From contig OY969814.1 in the NCBI GenBank assembly GCA_963703345.1, positions 192,001-256,000 of the forward strand: a DNA stretch of 64,000 nucleotides, given 5' to 3'. Shown here one piece after another: positions 58,082 to 64,000 of this stretch. This stretch comes from an uncultured Chloroflexia bacterium. GTDB lineage: Bacteria > Chloroflexota > Dehalococcoidia > DSTF01 > JALHUB01. The position numbers and the translations under genes were made by a program. The notes under the pieces were generated by a model. It searched no databases and was not told the DNA's origin. It saw only the letters and a list, made by a program, of their open reading frames with translations. The first letter of the stretch is position 1, and every line of letters starts with the position of its first letter.

Positions 58082-58914
58082 TCATCGACTTCCACACCCA
58101 CATCTTCTCGCCTGAAGTCGTCGAAAGACGCGAGGAGCTCCTGGAGCGGGAGCCGACCTTCCGCGAGCTGTACGCGCGGCGGGACGCCCACCTGGCGACG
58201 GCGCAGGAGCTCTTGCGCAGCATGGACGAGGCGGGCGTCGATGCCAGCGTGGTGCTCAACTTCGCCTGGCACGACACAGAGCTGTGCCGTCGCACGAACG
58301 ACTACATCCTGGAGTCGGCGGCGGCCAGCGGTGGGCGGCTCATCCCGTTCTGCCTCTTCGCGCCGGGCGAGGGCGCTGTCGACGAGATGGAGCGCTGTCT
58401 TGCGTCGGGGGCGCGCGGCTTCGGCGAGCTGCGCCCGGAGAGCCAGGGCTGGGAGCTCGAAGACGAAGCGCTGTCGGCGCCGCTGGGTCGCCTGGCGAGC
58501 GAGAGCGGTGTCCTCCTGCTGTTCCACGCGTCGGAGCCGGTAGGGCCGGGGTATGCGGGCAAGGAAGGGCAGTCGCTAGGCTCGCTGTACCGCTTCATCG
58601 AGAAGTGGCCGTCGGCGAAGGTCGTCGCGGCGCACTGGGGCGGCGGCCTCCCGTTCTACAAGCTGATGCGTCGCGCGCACGAGACGCTGGCGAACACGTA
58701 CTTCGACACGGCGGCGACGCGCTTCCTCTACCGCCACGAGGTCTTTCGTCGCGCCGTCGACATCGTCGGTGCCGAGCGCGTGCTGTTCGGCAGCGACTTC
58801 CCGTTGCTGTCGCAATCGCGCTGCCTGCGAGAGGTGGACGAGGCGCAACTGAGCGACGGCGAGAAGGCCCTCATCCTCGGTGAGAACGCCCGGCGACTGC
58901 TGCAACTGCCATGA
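58078..58914 (+). CDS. amidohydrolase family protein (Amidohydro_2)
   Basis: IDFHTH, GFGEL, AHWGGG and LFGSDFP. Confidence 0.88.
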   Translation: MIIDFHTHIFSPEVVERREELLEREPTFRELYARRDAHLATAQELLRSMDEAGVDASVVLNFAWHDTELCRRTNDYILESAAASGGRLIPFCLFAPGEGAVDEMERCLASGARGFGELRPESQGWELEDEALSAPLGRLASESGVLLLFHASEPVGPGYAGKEGQSLGSLYRFIEKWPSAKVVAAHWGGGLPFYKLMRRAHETLANTYFDTAATRFLYRHEVFRRAVDIVGAERVLFGSDFPLLSQSRCLREVDEAQLSDGEKALILGENARRLLQLP

Positions 58915-59522
58915 GGGAGAAACAGGACCGCGGCCTGCGGCTCTTCGTCGCCTGCGAGCTGCCGTCGGAGGCGCTGGAAGCGCTGGGACGCATTCAAGCC
59001 GAGCTGCGCGAACTGGGCGCGGGACGGTTGCGCTGGGTGCGTCCGGAGGGCATTCACCTGACGCTGAAGTTCCTTGGCGCTGTCGCCCCCGATAAGGCGC
59101 AGCGCGTCACTGACGCCCTGGCTGCAGCGATTGTCGAGCCGTTCACGCTGGCGCTGCGCTTCGACCGGCTGGGCAGCTTCGGCGGCCGGATGCGATTGCG
59201 CGTGATCTGGGTTGGCCTGGCGGGCGACGTGGAAGAGCTGTCGGCGCTGGCGGAGACGGTGGAGAAGGCGCTCGGGCCGCTCGGCTTCCCGCGCGAGAGC
59301 CGTCCGTTTGCGCCGCACCTGACGCTGGCGCGCGTGCCCGACGAGATGGGCATCGAGGAGCGGAGCCGGCTGGCGGACCTGGTGGCGGCGTACAGGCTGT
59401 CGGAGATGTCTTGCCCGCCCGGGCCGTCGATTACGGTGTCGGAGGTGGCGCTGATGCAGAGTCTCCTTTTGCCCGGCGGCGCCCGCTACGAGCAGCGCGC
59501 CGCCTTCCCGCGCGTCGAGTGA
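58911..59522 (+). CDS. thpR: RNA 2',3'-cyclic phosphodiesterase (2H family)
   Basis: RLFVA, HLTLKFLG and F.PHLTLAR. Confidence 0.93.
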   Translation: MREKQDRGLRLFVACELPSEALEALGRIQAELRELGAGRLRWVRPEGIHLTLKFLGAVAPDKAQRVTDALAAAIVEPFTLALRFDRLGSFGGRMRLRVIWVGLAGDVEELSALAETVEKALGPLGFPRESRPFAPHLTLARVPDEMGIEERSRLADLVAAYRLSEMSCPPGPSITVSEVALMQSLLLPGGARYEQRAAFPRVE

Positions 59523-59651
59523 GGGCCTCATTCTATATCTGGCCCATCGCCTTCTTGCTCCGGGCGTACGCCGCTTGAGGGATGCACGATCCGCCGGATC
59601 GGTCGAATTTGGAGTAGAGAGGACCTTTCGTGATCGCCAGGGAGGAGGCCG

Positions 59652-59900
59652 ATGATACCGTTGCCCGCCGACTACTACCACGAGCCCTTGCACGATTGGC
59701 GCATGTGCGAACAGTGCAAGAGCCGGACGGGGAAATGGATATGGCTCCTGGCGCGGCACGCCCCAATGCGGGTGTTTTGTGATAAGTGCGTGCCCGCCGA
59801 CAAGGGAATCCGCACCCGCTACACTCCTCAGCAGAATCGCTTCATCGAGGTCTACGAGCGCGGCCGCTCGAAGGAACTGAGGGAACAGGACAGCGCCTAG
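59652..59900 (+). CDS. small Zn-finger hypothetical protein
   Basis: GGAGGAGG RBS; CEQC and CDKC pairs. Confidence 0.7.
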   Translation: MIPLPADYYHEPLHDWRMCEQCKSRTGKWIWLLARHAPMRVFCDKCVPADKGIRTRYTPQQNRFIEVYERGRSKELREQDSA

Positions 59901-59904
59901 AGCG

Positions 59905-60037
59905 GCGCAAGAATCTTCGAATCAGTCGCTGCCTGCCGCCGGGGGGCATCGCGCACCGCTACCAGCCGGCCGAAAACGGCTACGTTGAGCTCTACAATCG
60001 ACAGCGCCGCCATGAGGCGCGCGAGAACAGCCGATGA
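59905..60037 (+). pseudogene. 5'-truncated paralog of the preceding gene
   Basis: RCLPPGGIAHRYQPAENGYVELYNRQRRHEAREN aligns by eye to KCVPADKGIRTRYTPQQNRFIEVYERGRSKELRE. No start codon or RBS. Confidence 0.55.
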
Positions 60038-60141
60038 CAAGTCGGTGCAAGAGCGAACACCTGCCGCGCGGTGTATAATCCGAGCCGGAATGGAGACCAA
60101 CGTTCTTCGTTAGGGCGAGCAGTCGGGCGAAGGAGTGGCTC

Positions 60142-60711
60142 ATGTTCTTGCTGTTGGTGCTCATCCGAAACCCTATTGCCTTTATCAGAGCAGTGACTCT
60201 GGATTTTACGTTCGGCCATCCGGTCTGGGCTTATGGCCGCTATTCGTATAGGTCGCGTGGCTTACAGCAGGAGGCAATCAGCTACGTTCTGTTTCCTGAT
60301 GACGTGAATAGAAAAGGGCTCGTTGACCCAGCGGCCTGGTATGCGGCTGCTCACAATATCGCCAGGTTCGAACTATATCGTGCAAGCAGGGACTATGCTC
60401 TCAAAGGCAACACGGGGAAGTATGTTTGGCGGAAGGTGTTCGGGCCGGTTACACCAGGGACACACGAGTTGCATGTCATCGCAGCGGTGGCCAGCAAGAC
60501 GACGGGCCGTATAGTGCTAAGGGCTCTCGGCATTTCTGCATCGCAGGAGCGGATCGAGTCAGCCTTGGTGTTCCCCAGGTATCTTCGGTGTGTCCTTGGA
60601 CTCGTTACAGACGCGCTCCAGGGGGGAGTCAGAGGCAACGAAGGCAGGCGCTTACTGGCACAGGTCGCGCTTGCAGGCGCAGCTATATATCTTCTTCTCA
60701 CGGTGTTATGA
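60142..60711 (+). CDS. hypothetical protein with C-terminal TM helix
   Basis: AAGGAG RBS, upstream TATAAT near 60074, atypical codon usage. Confidence 0.6.
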   Translation: MFLLLVLIRNPIAFIRAVTLDFTFGHPVWAYGRYSYRSRGLQQEAISYVLFPDDVNRKGLVDPAAWYAAAHNIARFELYRASRDYALKGNTGKYVWRKVFGPVTPGTHELHVIAAVASKTTGRIVLRALGISASQERIESALVFPRYLRCVLGLVTDALQGGVRGNEGRRLLAQVALAGAAIYLLLTVL

Positions 60712-60955
60712 TCCCGCGGCCTGGCCGCGCGCTCAATCCGCGCGCTCCGGGTGGCGATGAAGGCTTCTCTCGCTGGCGATGTGGCCTAAGAAGGGCGGAA
60801 TCCGCCGTTGATTCTCTCTTGCCCAGATCGAGCTCTCTGCGCCAGCCCTACAGGTATTCTTCTGCAAAAATCAAGCCCCAAAACGGGACTTGACCTTAAC
60901 GATCCGCCCTCTCCGCCGGTACAATAACTGGAAGAGTCTTTCAAGGAGGACAACG

Positions 60956-61255
60956 ATGGCCGACAGAACATTTCATCCAACCGATCTCGAATTTCTCGGC
61001 TTTGAAAGGGACGCCGCCTTCAACTGCCATCGTTGCGGCGGCGAAGGGAAGCACCCTGTCATGCTGAGAGACGAGCATGGGCAAGAAGTGCTGCTCGGCA
61101 AAGGCTGTGTGTGCTTGGAGGCAGAACGTCGCATGCGGGAGGGACACACACCGCTCTTCTGTGGGATTTGCCGAACGCCGATACCGCTCGACACCATGAG
61201 AAATCTCGTGAGGGCCGAAAACAACCGCAGGCAACGCGAGGCGAGGCGATCCTAG
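60956..61255 (+). CDS. small Cys-rich (Zn-finger) hypothetical protein
   Basis: AAGGAGG RBS, CHRC, CxC and CGIC motifs, upstream TACAAT. Confidence 0.7.
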   Translation: MADRTFHPTDLEFLGFERDAAFNCHRCGGEGKHPVMLRDEHGQEVLLGKGCVCLEAERRMREGHTPLFCGICRTPIPLDTMRNLVRAENNRRQREARRS

Positions 61256-61362
61256 CACCCCGAGAAGTGACGGAAAACGGCAACTCTCCCCTTGCTGCAG
61301 TGCTTACAAGACGCCTTCGACGTGTTAGCCGGCGACGACTATGGCTCTGTTTCTGACATGCA

Positions 61363-62136
61363 CTACTCTACCGGAAAGAATGCCCATGTATCTGTGTCAA
61401 CCACCTTGACCTGTCCGGACAGCACGTCTTGAACTTCAAGCCGGGCCGGCCCTGTCTGAAACCTCTCACCGAAATTAGACTTCATGAAGTAGAGATCCAG
61501 ATCGAACTCGGTGTGGCCGCGGACGTGTTCGTGGTGCTCCAAGTTGATGTCCGTCGGAAGGTGAGGCACGTCCCCGACCTCAGAGGCAAGTATGACGCTA
61601 AAATCCTTCTGAGTTCGAATGCAGGGGCCATTGGCGTAGATGATCTCCTCGTTTCCGTCGCCCAGATAGTCAACTGTCGCAGGAACGTGCGGTACGGCCA
61701 TTCGGAGGCGAAGGAGGACTCTCTTCATGCCACGGTTGACGATAAAAACGTCGGTCACCATATAGATGCAATGCTCCTTCGTTCCTGCCACTGGCGGGGT
61801 GACGCTCCCAAGCCCGCCGGTCGTCACGTACAAGTTGAGGGGCTGATGGACAGACTCCGATTCCGCAACGAGCCGAACGCCCGCGTTCACGGCCAAGAGG
61901 AAGAGCGTGCCGAGAATGATTGCGGGTGTTCCGCCGGGAACGTGCCCAGCGACGTCACCCAAAGCCTCCACCTTGTGCGCCTGCGTGATGCCAAAGAGAA
62001 ATAGCAGGGCCACAGCCGTCTGGAGCCTGCCGATCCAGTCTAAGTGACTCGGGATGGGGCGCAGGCAGAGCGCCAGATATCGGAGCACGACGCGCAAGAG
62101 AGGCATGAGGGAAGCCTGTCTCGTCTGCGTTTCCAT
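61363..62136 (-). CDS. hypothetical membrane protein (2 TM + beta-rich domain)
   Basis: 257-aa ORF with TATAAT 8 nt before the ATG (probably leaderless). Confidence 0.6.
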   Translation of the reverse strand: METQTRQASLMPLLRVVLRYLALCLRPIPSHLDWIGRLQTAVALLFLFGITQAHKVEALGDVAGHVPGGTPAIILGTLFLLAVNAGVRLVAESESVHQPLNLYVTTGGLGSVTPPVAGTKEHCIYMVTDVFIVNRGMKRVLLRLRMAVPHVPATVDYLGDGNEEIIYANGPCIRTQKDFSVILASEVGDVPHLPTDINLEHHEHVRGHTEFDLDLYFMKSNFGERFQTGPARLEVQDVLSGQVKVVDTDTWAFFPVE

Positions 62137-62245
62137 TTGGCGGCATTATACACCAGCCTACGGGCGGCGCGTCCGAAGCCAGTCGTGACGCGAACCCCTT
62201 ACGATCCCGCCCCGCCCCTGCTATCCTGACCGTGGGTGATTATCT

Positions 62246-62291
62246 CGTAGGGGAGGCCTGCCCGCCTCAGGAGGGACTTTACTCCTCCCGC
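62246..62291. repeat. REP-like palindrome, copy 2 (interrupted)
   Basis: GTAGGGGAGG[cctgcccgcctcaggagg]GACTTTACTCCTCCC. Confidence 0.45.
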
Positions 62292-62445
62292 GTTCCGGAT
62301 TCCGACGATGGAGCTTACACTTCGGCCCGCTTTTCGACGCGTTTTTTGCGCACCTTTCTAGATTCACTCCGTCACAACGCAGATTCAGAGAGACGCACGA
62401 AAAATAATTGAATTCAATGGGTCAATTCGGCCGATGGACGCCCCG

Positions 62446-63549
62446 TCAGGCGTAGCCGAGCGCCTTCTCTATCGCCGATAGCTCGGCGGGAAGCTCCAGC
62501 AGGTCCACCTTCGCCTTCATCGCCGTGTCCGGGTCCTTCAGGCCGCTGCCGGTAATGATGCAAACGACGGTCTGACCCCTCAGGTCCATGCTCTCGTGAG
62601 CCACCTTCAGCAGGCCCGCCACGCACGCCGCCGACGCCGGCTCGCAGAAGACGCCCTCTTCCCGCGCCAGGCGGTAGTAGGCGTCCATGATCTCGTCGTC
62701 GGTCACCGAGCGGATGTCGCCGCCGGACTCGTCGCGGGCGGCCGTGGCGAACTTCCAGCTCGCCGGGTTGCCGATGCGGATGGCCGTCGCTATCGTCTGC
62801 GGCTCTTCGACGGGGTGCCCGAGGACGATGGGCGCGGCGCCGGCCGCCTGCCAGCCCATCATGCGCGGTCGCTTCGTCGCCCGGCCGAGGTCGTGGTACT
62901 CGCGGAAGCCGCGCCAGTAGGAGGTGATGTTGCCGGCGTTGCCGACGGGGATGAACAAGAAGTCGGGCGCGTCGCCGAGGGCGTCGACGATCTCGAAGGC
63001 GGCGGTCTTCTGCCCCTCAATGCGATAGGGGTTGACGGAGTTGACGAGGGCGATGGGATGGATGTCGGTGATGGTCAGCGCCAGGCGCAGGGCGGCGTCG
63101 AAGTTGCCGTCGATGGCGATGACGCGGGCGCCGTGCGCGACGGCCTGCGCCAGCTTGCCCTGCGCGATGCGTCCCTTCGGCACGAGGACGTAGACCTGGA
63201 GGCCGCAGTGCGCGGCGAAGGCGGCGGCGGAGGCGCTGGTGTTGCCGGTGGAGGCGCACATGATCGCCTTGTCGCCCTCCTCGACGGCCTTGGCGACGGC
63301 GACGACCATGCCGCGGTCCTTGAACGAGCCGGTGGGATTGCAGGACTCCAGCTTGAAATAGAGCGCCTCGCAGCCGACCTCCTTTTCGAGATGCTGGGAG
63401 CGGACGAGCGGCGTGCCGCCCTCGCCGATGTAGAGCATGGGCGTCCGGCTGGTGATAGGCAGATGGTCGCGGTAGCGTCGGAGGACGCCGGGCCCGCGAT
63501 CGGCTAGACCTCGGTCGCCGGTGTCACTCGTGGAAGAGGCCGAGGGCAT
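62446..63549 (-). CDS. thrC: threonine synthase
   Basis: EGGTPL, NPTGSFKDRG, CASTGNT, PVGNAGN, EPASAA and TGSGLKDP. Exact start uncertain. Confidence 0.96.
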   Translation of the reverse strand: MPSASSTSDTGDRGLADRGPGVLRRYRDHLPITSRTPMLYIGEGGTPLVRSQHLEKEVGCEALYFKLESCNPTGSFKDRGMVVAVAKAVEEGDKAIMCASTGNTSASAAAFAAHCGLQVYVLVPKGRIAQGKLAQAVAHGARVIAIDGNFDAALRLALTITDIHPIALVNSVNPYRIEGQKTAAFEIVDALGDAPDFLFIPVGNAGNITSYWRGFREYHDLGRATKRPRMMGWQAAGAAPIVLGHPVEEPQTIATAIRIGNPASWKFATAARDESGGDIRSVTDDEIMDAYYRLAREEGVFCEPASAACVAGLLKVAHESMDLRGQTVVCIITGSGLKDPDTAMKAKVDLLELPAELSAIEKALGYA

Positions 63550-64000
63550 GCTGTTGAAGCTCCTTTATCTCCCGTTCCAGGTCGCTTATCTGACGTCGTT
63601 TGAGCTGCTCCTGGCTCTGGGTCAGCTTGAGGAGGTGCTCGGCGAGCTCCTGACGGTACTCGTCGAGGCGCTCCAGGAGGGCGTCGAGGCGCCCCTCGTA
63701 GCCGTGGTGCTTGCCTTCGAGGGCGGCGAGCAGGCGCTGGTGCTCATCGCGGGCGGTGGAGAGGGAGGTGACGAGCTCTTCGAGCTGGTTCAGGTGCGTC
63801 TCCAGACGTTGTCGCTCCGCGCGGCCGAGGTCGATGCGCTCCGGAAGCTCATTGAGCGCCGTCAGCCGCTGCTCGTGGTCGGCGATCTCCGACTCGATGC
63901 GGCGCACGACGTCGCCGAGGAGTCGCGTGCGTTCGCTCGTGGTTTCGCCGGCTCGCAGCGTGTTCTCCATGGCGGCCTCGAACTCGGGTAGCCTCTGGTC
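63524..64000 (-). CDS. coiled-coil hypothetical protein (5' end outside the window)
   Basis: Heptad-rich E/R/L sequence with the frame open to the window edge. Confidence 0.65.
   Translation of the reverse strand, partial: DQRLPEFEAAMENTLRAGETTSERTRLLGDVVRRIESEIADHEQRLTALNELPERIDLGRAERQRLETHLNQLEELVTSLSTARDEHQRLLAALEGKHHGYEGRLDALLERLDEYRQELAEHLLKLTQSQEQLKRRQISDLEREIKELQQHALGLFHE

Noticed and set aside
60750-60860. Fluoride riboswitch (GGCGATG)
   Set aside because: The downstream consensus blocks are missing and no fluoride-related gene follows.
61255-61362. Integron attC site (GTTAGCC)
   Set aside because: No matching inverse core or palindromic arms, and no integron integrase.

Overview
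High-GC bacterial chromosomal segment. Gene content and order suggest Chloroflexota, probably class Dehalococcoidia (inference, not checked against a database). It is mostly housekeeping: tmk, pdxST, USP-trkA-trkA-pheA-fpg, menA fusion/menG, a PgpH-like 7TM-HD protein, purQ/purL, rplI-dnaB-double-AAA loader, moaDE, comF, LCP, rpsT, murJ, T-box-ileS, proB/proA, rdgB, folC, fabF, galE, an mshA-like cluster, thpR and thrC. Three small accessory islets interrupt this backbone at about 38.0-40.6 kb, 54.5-55.8 kb and 59.5-62.4 kb. Non-coding elements read directly from the DNA are a c-di-AMP (ydaO) riboswitch in front of a small Zn-ribbon gene, an Ile T-box, two or three unassigned structured leaders/RNAs and REP/MITE-like palindromes. 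The most unusual object is an intact 76-nt tRNA with an arginine-type body but a GCU (Ser-codon) anticodon and C33, sitting behind an orphan DUF5343-like gene and next to a Fem/CelD-like GNAT-MshA-like cluster. Other oddities are a type-2 IleRS with a GVHH signature, a moaA::moaC deletion-fusion relic, a frameshifted dipeptidase and a HEPN-like two-gene cassette. No CRISPR array, rRNA, integrase or transposase was seen.
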